Assembly (NCBI GenBank): GCA_034520945.1
Contig: JAXHNB010000001.1
Span: forward strand, 96,001-160,000
DNA from: Trueperaceae bacterium
Lineage (GTDB): Bacteria; Deinococcota; Deinococci; Deinococcales; Trueperaceae
Direction of reading: 5' to 3'
DNA: 64,000 nucleotides
A program made the translations under genes and the position numbers. Under the pieces are notes generated by a model, which searched no databases, was not told where the DNA came from, and was given only the letters and a program-made list of their open reading frames with translations. Positions 27,208-36,960 of the stretch are shown here, piece after piece; position 1 is the first letter of the stretch, and each line of letters opens with the position of its first letter.

Positions 27208-28229
27208 GCTGCCTGAACCTCCTTCATGACTCGCGCCAGGAGGTTGTCGATGATGTTGTCGACCGTCAAGCCCTCGGCGGCGCCCATGTAGTTGAGGTGC
27301 ACGCGGTGGCGTAGCGTCGGAAGCGCCATCGCTTGGAGATCGTCGAACGCGACGTTGAAGCGGCCCTCCAACATCGCACGGGCTTTGGCGGCCAGTAGCA
27401 GGCTCTGGGCGCCACGCGGGCTGATACCGAACCGCACGAACCGTCCCACCTCGTCGGAGACGGCATCGAGCTGTGGTTGACTGGAACGCGCCATCCGGGC
27501 CACGGTCCGAGCGACCGCCGCGGGGACGTGCACGCTACGGGCCAGCGTCTGCAGTCGCAGGATGTGGTCGGACGACACCACCGACGCGACGGCCTCTTCC
27601 GGAGCCCCGGTCGTTTGTTGCAGGATGCGGACGACGGAGTCCTCGCTCGGGTAGGTGATGAGCACCTTGAGTAGGAAGCGGTCGATCTGCGCTTCGGGAA
27701 GGTCGTAGGTGCCCTCCATCTCGATCGGGTTTTGGGTCGCGAGGACGAAGAATGGGTCCGGTAGCACGTGTTCCGCGCCGCCTGCGGTCACGGTGTGCTC
27801 CTGCATGGCCTCCAGCAGCGCAGATTGCGTCTTGGGTGTGGCGCGGTTGATCTCATCGGTCAGCACAAGCTGTCCGAAGATCGGACCCGCCTCAAAGCGT
27901 GTGGCGGCATGACCTGCCTCGTCGTGGTACAGCACGTTGGCGCCCGTGATGTCCGCCGGCATGAGGTCGGGCGTGAATTGGACACGGGAGAAATCCAGAC
28001 CACATACGCGCGCAAGGGTGCGGACCAACAGCGTCTTGCCGAGCCCTGGTGCTCCCTCGATGAGGACGTGGCCGCCGGCGATGAGGGCGATCAGCAGCTG
28101 ATCGACCACCTGTTCCTGCCCGACGATCACGCGGTTGACGGTGTCGCGACCCTCTTGGAGGGCGCGGACGAGCGTGTCGACGTCGCCGGTGTCGACTGGG
28201 GTCGCGTTGCGCTCCTTGTGTTCGGTCAT
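27204..28229 (-). CDS. moxR: MoxR-family AAA+ ATPase
   Basis: GAPGLGKT, RVQFTPDLMPADITG, DEINRATPKTQSALLEAMQE, ATQNPIEMEGTYDLPEAQIDRF. Confidence 0.95.
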   Translation of the reverse strand: MTEHKERNATPVDTGDVDTLVRALQEGRDTVNRVIVGQEQVVDQLLIALIAGGHVLIEGAPGLGKTLLVRTLARVCGLDFSRVQFTPDLMPADITGANVLYHDEAGHAATRFEAGPIFGQLVLTDEINRATPKTQSALLEAMQEHTVTAGGAEHVLPDPFFVLATQNPIEMEGTYDLPEAQIDRFLLKVLITYPSEDSVVRILQQTTGAPEEAVASVVSSDHILRLQTLARSVHVPAAVARTVARMARSSQPQLDAVSDEVGRFVRFGISPRGAQSLLLAAKARAMLEGRFNVAFDDLQAMALPTLRHRVHLNYMGAAEGLTVDNIIDNLLARVMKEVQAA

Positions 28230-28239
28230 GGGTTGTGGA

Positions 28240-29637
28240 TTACCTCCCCGAATTCGCGTCGTCCGACGGTGTGAAGTATTGGCGCACCACGTTGCGGACG
28301 GCAGCGTCGACGGGCGCCTCGTTGGAAGTCGCTTCGTCGACGCGTTGCCAGTCTCCAGTCTGACCCGGCGTGTCCGTGGCTCCCTCCTGGGAGACTTCGG
28401 GTGGAAGTTCGATGTCGATGCGACGTCCTTCCCCACGGTCCGCCGTGGGCAGCGAGACGTCCTCGTCCGGCGTCCGGGGGGTGGCGCCTTGGGGTTCTCC
28501 GTCCATGGGCTGCTCGCCGCCCCCCGCGAGTTCACTGGCTCCGCGGTTGCTGCGTTGCGCGGCTCCAATCACTTCGCCTGCGGCTTCACTGCTTTCCTGC
28601 TCACGCGCTCGTTGTATCGCCTCTTGCTCGGGAGGCCGTTCACCGTACATCACGTCGGTAGGTCCCGCCTCCTGTGGAGCACCCTGACGGATCTCGGCTG
28701 ATGTCGTGTCTACGCCTGAGTCGTCATCCGACGGAGAATCGGACGTTCCTTCGGCCTGCTCCGTCGTTGCCTCGTCCGCCGCTGTCGATGGTGTGAGTCG
28801 AGGCTGGGGCAGCATCTCGAGGTCGTTCGGGGCCTCGGTTGCCTGTGCATCGGGGGCGGCGCCACTCCCCCCGCTGAACGATTGCGTGGGATCAGGAAGA
28901 CCGGCTTCCTCGTAGGCGCGCTGAACGTGTTCCAGCGAGCGTTGGAACCGGCGCTCGGCCTCCTCCTCCGAGAGGTTGCCACCTTCGTTGTCCTCACTGA
29001 GCCGACGCAAGGACTCGCGAGCGGCGCGGACATACGGGTCGTCTTCGCCCCGCCCCTCCTCGTTGAGGTGTTCACGAAACGCCTCGAGGTCGTCGATACC
29101 GACGGTGTCGGCGGTCTGGCTTGGCGTTCCAGTGTCGGGCGTCGGAGCCGACGGCATGGGCCAAGCCATTGCGGCAAAGGTAAGTGGTATGGCCCACCAG
29201 AGGCTGACGTGCACTCCGAGCGGTGCGACCCGCGCGGGTTCCACCTCCTTGGCGTGGCTGCCCGCGTCACGGATGACGGCTTCGTCGAAGGCGCCCCTGT
29301 AGCGACCCGACAGCACCTCCACGGCACTGACGAAACGTTCGTTGGTGCCGTGGCGCAGGTCGATGGCCAAGGCCGTCGCCAACAAGGATTCGGGCCACAT
29401 GACCAATCCCACCAGTTCCAAGGCAACACCAACCGCTACCGACGCCGTGAGTACCGCCATTAGCTCGACCGAGCCCCATCCGAGCAACATCCGCAGGACA
29501 AGGGCGATGCCGGCACCTCCAAGAGCGCCAAAGCTTGCGCCACGGAGAAGGCGCACGGCGACCCTGCGGCGTCGTACCGCGTGGATGGTTCTCCAAAATG
29601 CGCGGACGGTTGGGATCGAAAGGAACTCGTGTCGCAT
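28240..29637 (-). CDS. Hypothetical membrane protein with a long acidic C-terminal region (MoxR-operon accessory)
   Basis: 3 N-terminal TMs, IDLRHGTNERFVSAVE, C-terminal VRNVVRQYF; co-oriented with moxR. Confidence 0.75.
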   Translation of the reverse strand: MRHEFLSIPTVRAFWRTIHAVRRRRVAVRLLRGASFGALGGAGIALVLRMLLGWGSVELMAVLTASVAVGVALELVGLVMWPESLLATALAIDLRHGTNERFVSAVEVLSGRYRGAFDEAVIRDAGSHAKEVEPARVAPLGVHVSLWWAIPLTFAAMAWPMPSAPTPDTGTPSQTADTVGIDDLEAFREHLNEEGRGEDDPYVRAARESLRRLSEDNEGGNLSEEEAERRFQRSLEHVQRAYEEAGLPDPTQSFSGGSGAAPDAQATEAPNDLEMLPQPRLTPSTAADEATTEQAEGTSDSPSDDDSGVDTTSAEIRQGAPQEAGPTDVMYGERPPEQEAIQRAREQESSEAAGEVIGAAQRSNRGASELAGGGEQPMDGEPQGATPRTPDEDVSLPTADRGEGRRIDIELPPEVSQEGATDTPGQTGDWQRVDEATSNEAPVDAAVRNVVRQYFTPSDDANSGR

Positions 29638-29642
29638 GGCGT

Positions 29643-30530
29643 TCAGGGACGTGGGACCGTTCCGGCCACGTTGAAGCGTTCGAGGAGATCGGCGATGACC
29701 CCGTCCTCGATGAGGAACGTTAGTGCCTCGTCTACCGAGGCACGCAGAAACTCGTCTCTGCTACGCATGCCGATTGCGAAGCGTAGCGTAGGGGGTTCGA
29801 AATCGGGATCGTTCCATACCGTCAATGCCGGGGCGCCATCGCGTTCCTCCCACGCCTGGCGGATGCCGGGTTTCCATGCGAGCGCTGCGTCGAGCGTGCC
29901 ATCGGCCAACCGCTCGAACAGTAGTTCGTTGCCCGGGTAGGGGATGCGCCGCAGTTGCTCGCCCTCGGGCCGGGCTCCGTTGTAGGCCGTGAATTCGAGG
30001 TCGCCCTGGCTCAGCATGCGGGTGCCCACCTTCGCGCCGCTGGACAGCCCATCGGTAGTGATGGCGTCGTCGGTCGTCGCAAACACGAATGACGTCTCCA
30101 GGTAGGCGCGAGACACGATCAACCAATCGGGGTAGTTGCGCTCGCCCAGCAAGAAACCTGGGAAGGCCACGCAGTCGTTGGTGAGAAGCACGAAGAGCTC
30201 CTGTTGGTCCACGGGGAAACGATACGAGTAGGCGGGCGTGGGGCGCGTAGCCCGCACCTCCGTGAACTCCGCCTCCAGTAGGAGCGCGTCCGCGACTGCG
30301 GTACCGACGGCGCGTTCGAAATCCTTCAAGGCGCCTTCTTCGTTCAAGCAGAAGCGGATCGTATCGCCCTCGATCTGTCGCCCACGGTTTTCCAGGAACT
30401 CGGGTGGGATGAAGTCGGGTGTGGCGAAGTTGAACTGAGCCGTGGCGTGGGCATTCAATAGGGCTACGCACATGGCGATGAACATGGCAAGAAAAAACCG
30501 TGCGCGACGCGATCTGTAGATGGCAATCAT
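29643..30530 (-). CDS. Family-3 periplasmic binding protein, MxaJ/XoxJ-like
   Basis: Signal peptide; IRFC, FERAVGTAVADAL, SRAYLETSFV, GTLDAALAW; adjacent to the PQQ dehydrogenase. Confidence 0.75.
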   Translation of the reverse strand: MIAIYRSRRARFFLAMFIAMCVALLNAHATAQFNFATPDFIPPEFLENRGRQIEGDTIRFCLNEEGALKDFERAVGTAVADALLLEAEFTEVRATRPTPAYSYRFPVDQQELFVLLTNDCVAFPGFLLGERNYPDWLIVSRAYLETSFVFATTDDAITTDGLSSGAKVGTRMLSQGDLEFTAYNGARPEGEQLRRIPYPGNELLFERLADGTLDAALAWKPGIRQAWEERDGAPALTVWNDPDFEPPTLRFAIGMRSRDEFLRASVDEALTFLIEDGVIADLLERFNVAGTVPRP

Positions 30531-30628
30531 CAAGATATTCCTTCGGTGGGGGCCGATGGGCCCAAAACGGGAACGCTTTGGGCGATCCTCCTCGTGGATC
30601 GCCCAAAGCGCCTCGTGACGTGTGGCCC

Positions 30629-32380
30629 TCACGGCAGCTTGAACACGTAGAGGGTGTTGCCGGTGTTGGGCACGCTGACCTCGGGCGTCAGCGCGAGGTA
30701 GCCACCCACGACGGCGGCGTTACCGCTGCCGGCAGGAATGGCGATGTACTGCTCGCCATCGACGGAGTAGCTGATGGGATCGCCGGAGACGGAACCGCTG
30801 AGGCGGGTTTCCCATTCCACTTCGCCGGTCTCCGCGTTAAGGGCACGGAAGTTGCGGGCGGAATCGCCACCGAAGATGAGGTTGCCACCGGTGGACAACA
30901 GGGGCATGGTGCCCGTGCGCGTCTCAAACGTCCACAGCGTCTCACCGGTTTCGACGGAGACCGCCTGGACCGTGCCGACGTTCTCCTCGCCGGGGGCGAT
31001 CATGGTATTGAAGCTCAGCCCATACAGATCGGCCGGCGTCCATTCGGCGACACTGATCTCGGGCTCCATACACATGTTCTGCAGCGGCATGTAGATGGCG
31101 TTGGTGTTGGGGTTGTAGGCGCCCGGCATCCAGTTCTTGCCACCCAGCATCGTGGGGCAGACCAGGCCGTAGGGGTCGTCGATGCTGTCGGGGATGACGT
31201 CCTCGTTGACCGTTACTTCACCGCTGCCCGAGACGCTCTCGATGACGTTCTGGCGGACGGTCTCCTTGGCCCACAGGAATTCGCCGGTTTCACGGTCGAG
31301 CGTCCATACGACGCCGGTCTTGCCCGGAATTCCGGTCATGACCTTGTACTCGGTGCCCGGCTCGACGTCCGGGTTCATGGACAGGACGTCGTCCTCGGAC
31401 GGGGCGATCGCGCTATCGACCAGGATGCGCTCGAACGGGTGGTCCATGTCCCAATTGTCGCGGGGCAGGTGCTGGAAGTACCACTCGATCTCGCCGGTGT
31501 CGGCGTTGATGGCGAGGGTGGAGTTGGAGTACAGCACGTCCTCGCCCTCGGTGCCGCGAAGGATCTCCGGGGAGGGGGCGGGCACGGAGGTGCCCCAGTA
31601 GATGAGGTTCAATTCCGGATCAAAGGCGCCGGCTTGGCCCCAGGCGCCGACGTGCAGCCGGCTCTCCAGCGGCAGGTCGCCCCAGGTTTCGCTGCCGGGC
31701 TCGCCGGGACGCGGGATGGTGTGCGTGCGCCACAATTCTTCGCCACTTTCCACGTCATGGGCGGTGATGAAACAGCCGCCGGGCAGCGCCGGGTCGCAGG
31801 CGCGACCGTTCACGACCTTGCCGTCGAGGATGATCGGGCCCGTGGTCTGCGCGATGACGCGGGGGTCGCCCACCGGGGTTTCCCACTCGAGCTGGCCCGT
31901 CTGCGCGTCCAAGGCGATGATGTGCGCATCGTACGTGGCATGGAAAATCTTGTCTTCGTAGATGGCAATGTTACGGGTGATGTTGCCGAGGCCAGCGATG
32001 GTGGTGCGGTCGAGGTCCTCGGGAAGGTCGCGCCGGTACTCCCAGATGAGGTCGCCCGTGGCGGCGTCGAATGCCTGGATCACGTCGTTGGGATTCGGGA
32101 GATACATGATGCCGTCATAGACGAGCGGCTCGGCTTCGTTAGGGCCGGGCTCCATGCCGCTCGCCCATGCCAGGGTGAGCTGGTCGACGTTCTCGGGCGT
32201 AATCTGGTCCAAGGCGCTATGGCCCCAGGAGGCGTAGTTGTTGCGCGCCATGAGCCAATCGCCAGGAGCAGGGTTCTCCAGCGTCTCCTGGCTGACGGGT
32301 TGGAAGTTCTCGATCGTGGCTTGGCTGAGGGCGGTCCCCAGCCATAGCGTCACAGCGAGAACCGCGAAGAGCTTACGCAT
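30629..32380 (-). CDS. PQQ-dependent dehydrogenase (beta-propeller, alcohol/sugar dehydrogenase type)
   Basis: Signal peptide; GDWLM, SALDQIT, repeated A.DA.TG...W Trp-docking motifs, FDPELNLIYWGT, QHLPRDNWDMD, GGKNW. Confidence 0.92.
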   Translation of the reverse strand: MRKLFAVLAVTLWLGTALSQATIENFQPVSQETLENPAPGDWLMARNNYASWGHSALDQITPENVDQLTLAWASGMEPGPNEAEPLVYDGIMYLPNPNDVIQAFDAATGDLIWEYRRDLPEDLDRTTIAGLGNITRNIAIYEDKIFHATYDAHIIALDAQTGQLEWETPVGDPRVIAQTTGPIILDGKVVNGRACDPALPGGCFITAHDVESGEELWRTHTIPRPGEPGSETWGDLPLESRLHVGAWGQAGAFDPELNLIYWGTSVPAPSPEILRGTEGEDVLYSNSTLAINADTGEIEWYFQHLPRDNWDMDHPFERILVDSAIAPSEDDVLSMNPDVEPGTEYKVMTGIPGKTGVVWTLDRETGEFLWAKETVRQNVIESVSGSGEVTVNEDVIPDSIDDPYGLVCPTMLGGKNWMPGAYNPNTNAIYMPLQNMCMEPEISVAEWTPADLYGLSFNTMIAPGEENVGTVQAVSVETGETLWTFETRTGTMPLLSTGGNLIFGGDSARNFRALNAETGEVEWETRLSGSVSGDPISYSVDGEQYIAIPAGSGNAAVVGGYLALTPEVSVPNTGNTLYVFKLP

Positions 32381-32571
32381 AGAATTTCTCGTCCTTTCGT
32401 ACGTGTGGAGCAATGGGTTCGTGTGGACGTGCAATGCGACACCGGTGGTGCACGGTGTAATACGTCACGACGCACATCGTGCGCTCTCGTATCGCCCCCT
32501 TCCTTGAATGTCCCGGTTAGGATAACACCGGTAGGTGGAGCCCTCCAAATTGGAAGGGCGTACGTAGAGGC

Positions 32572-33399
32572 TCATGGGACCGCATCGGTCGATGGGCAGA
32601 CGTCGCACGTCGGTGTAATCGGCGTCAGGTCGTAGGCGTCGACGATCTCCTCTATGGCCCCGGTACGTAAGAGCGCTTGCAGTTCCGCTACGAGCGCGCG
32701 CTTGAGGGTGAGATCACCCTTCCAGAGCCCGAATCCCAAGGGGTAGCGTCCGAGCGATTCAGGTAGATACTGCGCTTCCCAACCGGTTTCTCCGGCGAGT
32801 TGGCGCGCACGCAACGCTTCGGTAGCGATGGCGTCGACCTCGCCTCCCTCGATCGCTCGTAGAGCCTCGTCATACGACTGCAGAATGGTCGTCTCAACGG
32901 CGATCTCTCGCAGGAAGCGACTAAGGCGAATGCGATCCAGTCCCGACGCCCCGGAGAGAAAACCGACCCGCGCGCTCGTCAGACTGTCGAGGTCGGTGGG
33001 CACGGCGATGGCCCACCCCGTTTCCAAGTGGGATGGTGTGGTCTCCAAAAACGATTCGGTGACACCGGTCGTGACCACACCGCCACCGATCACTTCGCAT
33101 TGGGCGCGTGTGATGCGCCAGTTTCGAGGATTGAAGTCGCGGCCGATGGCACGGTTCGTGATCGTCTGCAAACGAAGGCCAAGGTTATCGGCGACCGCCT
33201 GCATGATCTCTACGTCGACGCCGGGCGTGGCGGGACCATCCGTGACGAGCGGCGGGTAGGACTCGGGAATGCACAGGCGTAGTGATCCGCGTTCCTGCAC
33301 CAACCGCAAGGACGTATCCGTGGGCACCACGTTTGCGAGCGCCATGATTGCCAGGACGACGACGATGGCCACGAGGTCGCGACGTGCACGGGCACTCAT
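32572..33399 (-). CDS. Family-3 periplasmic binding protein, MxaJ-like
   Basis: LRLCIPESYPPL, PGVDVEIMQAVA, CEVIGGG, GLWKGDLTLKRA; C-terminal CDVC. Confidence 0.75.
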   Translation of the reverse strand: MSARARRDLVAIVVVLAIMALANVVPTDTSLRLVQERGSLRLCIPESYPPLVTDGPATPGVDVEIMQAVADNLGLRLQTITNRAIGRDFNPRNWRITRAQCEVIGGGVVTTGVTESFLETTPSHLETGWAIAVPTDLDSLTSARVGFLSGASGLDRIRLSRFLREIAVETTILQSYDEALRAIEGGEVDAIATEALRARQLAGETGWEAQYLPESLGRYPLGFGLWKGDLTLKRALVAELQALLRTGAIEEIVDAYDLTPITPTCDVCPSTDAVP

Positions 33400-33410
33400 G
33401 GGCAGCGTCC

Positions 33411-34217
33411 TCAGCGGGCCGATCGCCGGAAGTCCCACATGGCGATTCCAAAGAACAGAATGGCCATCGCGACCAGGACCGCCGGCCCGATTCGAGGGTC
33501 GAACTGATTGAAGTCGATGAACACGCCGCGTAGGGCATCAATGGCGTAGGTGATGGGGTTGAGGCGCACGACGGTGACGAGCCACTCCGGGTACACGACC
33601 GACGTTTGGGCGCCCGTGAGCGAGGGGGAAAGGGGAAAGATGGAGCTGGAGGTGAAGTACAAGGGAAGGATGACGGCGTTCGAGAAGACGCCGAAGCCCT
33701 CGAAGCTGGGCATACGGTTCGCTATCACGACGCCGAGTGATGTGAGGGCGAAGCCCAGCAGGAGCATGATGCCCAGCCCCGAGACCACGCGGGGCAGGGT
33801 GATCACGACATCGGTGAAGCGGGCAAGCACCAGCACGATGATGCCGTGTGCCAGGGCGATGGTGGTGCCGCCCAAGACCTTGCCCAAGAGGACAGCCCAG
33901 CGCGGCATGGGAGACACGAGCACTTCCCTCAGGAAGCCGAATTCACGGTCCCAGATCACCGATACGGCCGACTGCACGGAGGTATACATCATGTTGAGGG
34001 CGATGACCGCAGGGAAGATGAATTGAAGGTAGGTGTACGGGATGACGAACTGGACTTCCCCGTACACCTCCCCTCGAAAGTAGGGATTCAGGCCGATCCC
34101 CAGGATCAGCACCCACAACAACGGTCGACTGACGCCCCCAACGAGCTGGCCGCGATCACGAATGGCCCGCTTGACCTCTCGCAGCCAAATTGCGTAGATG
34201 CCGTTGAGGGTCGCCAT
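33411..34217 (-). CDS. ABC-2 type permease
   Basis: IWLRE, SVIWDREFGFLREVLVSP, NPITYAIDALR. Confidence 0.9.
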   Translation of the reverse strand: MATLNGIYAIWLREVKRAIRDRGQLVGGVSRPLLWVLILGIGLNPYFRGEVYGEVQFVIPYTYLQFIFPAVIALNMMYTSVQSAVSVIWDREFGFLREVLVSPMPRWAVLLGKVLGGTTIALAHGIIVLVLARFTDVVITLPRVVSGLGIMLLLGFALTSLGVVIANRMPSFEGFGVFSNAVILPLYFTSSSIFPLSPSLTGAQTSVVYPEWLVTVVRLNPITYAIDALRGVFIDFNQFDPRIGPAVLVAMAILFFGIAMWDFRRSAR

Positions 34218-34221
34218 AAGA

Positions 34222-35166
34222 TCAGCGGTTCTCGATGGTGATCTGATTCATGTCTTCGGGAATGAGGGGAGTGCTTCCGGCGGGGTACTCGTTTTCGCTG
34301 AGCCAATAGGCCATGATGCGCACGTACGTGCGGTCGGACAGGGTCCCCGGCGAAGCCGGAGGCATTCTGGAGGACACGTAGCCGTGCAAACTGCTCATTG
34401 GCTGGCCGCCGTAATCACGGAAGAAACCGAGGCTTGTCAGGGCCGGGGCGTGGAAGCCGCCACGAAGACCTTGGCCGTGACACTCGGCGCAGTGCTCCGC
34501 GTAGGCCTCGGCCCCCTGCGCGGCCTGTTGTTCCGTGAAATACCCCGTGTCGTCACTGTAGGAAATCTCGGACGGATCGATCTCGTCGGGATCCTGCGCT
34601 TCGCCACTGTCCGCCCCACGGGCGTCGGCGCCTTCCGGTTCAGGTTGCGCTAGCCCAATGCGGTAGCGCTCCTGGTAGACGTCCGATGCAGTGAGGTCGG
34701 CTTCGCGTGCCGAAGCCACGTCGTCGGGTCCGTACCAGGCGAAGTCTTCGGGCAGGGACGCCTCGTTGCCCCAGGCGGATGCCACGTAGTTCAGAGCAGC
34801 CGCCAGGTCCTCGTCGCCCAAGTAGCCCCAGGCGGGCATGTTGCCGTCGTAGGACTGCCCGCTGACCTCGATCTGGCCGTTGAGGCCGTACAGCACGGTG
34901 TGGCTCAGGTGGTCGCGACCGCCGCCCTGAGCGAGGATGTCGGGTACGTGACCCGCCAGCGGCGGAAACGTTCCGGGAACCCCTTCACCGTTCGATTGGT
35001 GGCACGATGCGCAGGTCACCGTGTAGGTCTGTTCACCGAGGTCACGCCATTCGAAATCGTCCTGGGCGTAGGCTTGCCCGGCAAGCAAAAACGCCACTGT
35101 GACCGCCAATGCCAGCGAACGCCAAGAGCACTTCTCGACCGATCGGGGACGAACACTGTTCATCAA
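34222..35166 (-). CDS. Diheme cytochrome c: c552-like domain fused to a second class I domain
   Basis: CASCHQSNGEGVPGTFPPLAGHV...GLNGQIEV; second heme motif CAECH...MPPASPGTLS. Confidence 0.9.
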   Translation of the reverse strand: MMNSVRPRSVEKCSWRSLALAVTVAFLLAGQAYAQDDFEWRDLGEQTYTVTCASCHQSNGEGVPGTFPPLAGHVPDILAQGGGRDHLSHTVLYGLNGQIEVSGQSYDGNMPAWGYLGDEDLAAALNYVASAWGNEASLPEDFAWYGPDDVASAREADLTASDVYQERYRIGLAQPEPEGADARGADSGEAQDPDEIDPSEISYSDDTGYFTEQQAAQGAEAYAEHCAECHGQGLRGGFHAPALTSLGFFRDYGGQPMSSLHGYVSSRMPPASPGTLSDRTYVRIMAYWLSENEYPAGSTPLIPEDMNQITIENR

Positions 35167-35264
35167 GATTCCTTCCGAGATGGGAGCACGACTTCAAGGG
35201 CGGGCTCCACGAAGCATGAACTCATTGCGTGTGCTCGCCCCCTTGACGGGCGAACGTGTACATC

Positions 35265-36215
35265 CTATCGCGGGCTCCGGCTGCCTGGTCGCGGAGTCCC
35301 CTGACCAGTGAGGGACAGAAAAACCGTCTCCAGGCTGGGCTTCTCCACCGTCAGGGTGCGGGCGTACGTGCCCCATGCCTCCACGAAACGCTCCGCTTCG
35401 GCATCGGTACCGACTTCGACCACGAGCCCCCCGGCGCCAGGGGCGACACGTTCGGGATAGGCCTCACGGATACCCTTTTCGGCGTCGGCATCGTCGGGTT
35501 CGACCCGCACGATCACAGCGCCGTGATCTTGTTTGAGGCGCTCAGGCGTGTCCAAGGCCAATACCTCGCCATGGTCGACGATGCAGATGCGGTCGCACAC
35601 CTCGACCTCGTCGATGTAGTGGGTGGTCACCAAGACCGTGAGGTCGCGTTCTCGCCGCAATCGTTGCAGGTAGACCCACATTCGCTCACGGGTTTGTGCG
35701 TCTAGGCCGACCGTAGGTTCGTCAAGAATCAAGAGTTTCGAATCGTGGACGAGCGCTCGCGCGATCTCCAGGCGGCGCTTCATGCCGGTCGAAAGTTGGC
35801 TTACCAAATGGTCGCGCCACTCGGCTAATTCGACGAGCTCGAGGAGTTCGGGAATGCGCTGTCGGCGTAGGGCGCCGGGCACGCCATAGATACGGCCATG
35901 GAAGTCGAGGTTCTCGGCCACGGTCAGGCGCCCGTCGAGGCTCGGTTCCTGGAACACCACACCAAGGTGGCGTCGCGCACGCCGAGGATGCTTTGCCGTG
36001 TCGACGCCAAAGATCTCCGTTCGCCCCTCGTCGGATCCATGGATGGTGCACAGGATGTGGATCAGGGTCGTCTTCCCAGCTCCGTTGGGACCTAGGAGGG
36101 CAAACAACTCGCCGCTGCGGACCTCGAAATTGACGTCGTTCAAGGCGATTACCCGACCGTAACGCTTGGTCGTATTGCTCACGCGCACGGCGGGTACGTC
36201 AGAGGTGACTGGCAT
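35265..36215 (-). CDS. ABC-2 type ATP-binding protein
   Basis: GPNGAGKTT, LSTGMKRRLEIAR, LDEPT, TTHY. Confidence 0.9.
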   Translation of the reverse strand: MPVTSDVPAVRVSNTTKRYGRVIALNDVNFEVRSGELFALLGPNGAGKTTLIHILCTIHGSDEGRTEIFGVDTAKHPRRARRHLGVVFQEPSLDGRLTVAENLDFHGRIYGVPGALRRQRIPELLELVELAEWRDHLVSQLSTGMKRRLEIARALVHDSKLLILDEPTVGLDAQTRERMWVYLQRLRRERDLTVLVTTHYIDEVEVCDRICIVDHGEVLALDTPERLKQDHGAVIVRVEPDDADAEKGIREAYPERVAPGAGGLVVEVGTDAEAERFVEAWGTYARTLTVEKPSLETVFLSLTGQGTPRPGSRSPR

Positions 36216-36960
36216 GCGTATCTCCTCGCAGGCGGCGGACGGCATCGCGCGACGTGCGCCAAAGCTTGGCGTCATCGGCGTTTCGGGGACGCGGCAACTC
36301 GGAGGTGAGCTCCAGTACGTCGGCCACGCGCCCTGGGCCAGGCGACATGATGAGAATGCGGTCTGCGAGCAGCGTCGCCTCCATGGGATTATGCGTCACG
36401 AACACTACCGTGCATCTTAACTGCTGCCACAGCGCAAGCAGCTCTTCGCGCATGGTCATGGCCGTTAGCTCGTCGAGAGAGCTGAAGGGCTCGTCCATGA
36501 ACAGTACGTCCGGTTGCACGATGAGCGCCCGTGCGACCGCTACCCGTTGCTGCATACCGATGGACAGCTGACGCGGAAAATAGTCACCGAACTCTCGTAA
36601 GCCTACGCGGGAGAGCCAGTCGTCGATGCGCCCTCTCGTCCTTGCCGACCGACCATCGAGGACGAACGCCAAGTTCTCCGTCACCGTCATCCATGGCAGA
36701 AGCCTGGATTCCTGGAACATGTAGCTGATGACCGGTGTGTGCCCGTCCGACTCGTCTCGAATGGTCACCGAGCCTGCGTCGTGTCGTTCGAGGCCGGCCA
36801 TGATGTTGAGCAGGGTGGTCTTGCCGCAACCCGACGGTCCCAGGAGGCACATGAACTCGCCGTCCGCCACGCGGACGTGGATGTCGCGCAGGGCATCGAC
36901 GGCCGCACCTCCGGGCCCTCGAAAGGTCTTCGTGACGCCCTCCACGACGATCTGTGCCAT
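36199..36960 (-). CDS. NitT/TauT-type ABC ATP-binding protein
   Basis: GPSGCGKTT, FQESRLLPW, LSIGMQQRVAVAR, MDEPF, FVTH. Confidence 0.9.
   Translation of the reverse strand: MAQIVVEGVTKTFRGPGGAAVDALRDIHVRVADGEFMCLLGPSGCGKTTLLNIMAGLERHDAGSVTIRDESDGHTPVISYMFQESRLLPWMTVTENLAFVLDGRSARTRGRIDDWLSRVGLREFGDYFPRQLSIGMQQRVAVARALIVQPDVLFMDEPFSSLDELTAMTMREELLALWQQLRCTVVFVTHNPMEATLLADRILIMSPGPGRVADVLELTSELPRPRNADDAKLWRTSRDAVRRLRGDTHASHL

Noticed and set aside
30629..32380. Calling the PQQ enzyme methanol/ethanol dehydrogenase (mxaF/xoxF/exaA)
   Set aside because: It lacks the vicinal Cys-Cys and the typical Glu-ligand loop; the substrate cannot be assigned from sequence.
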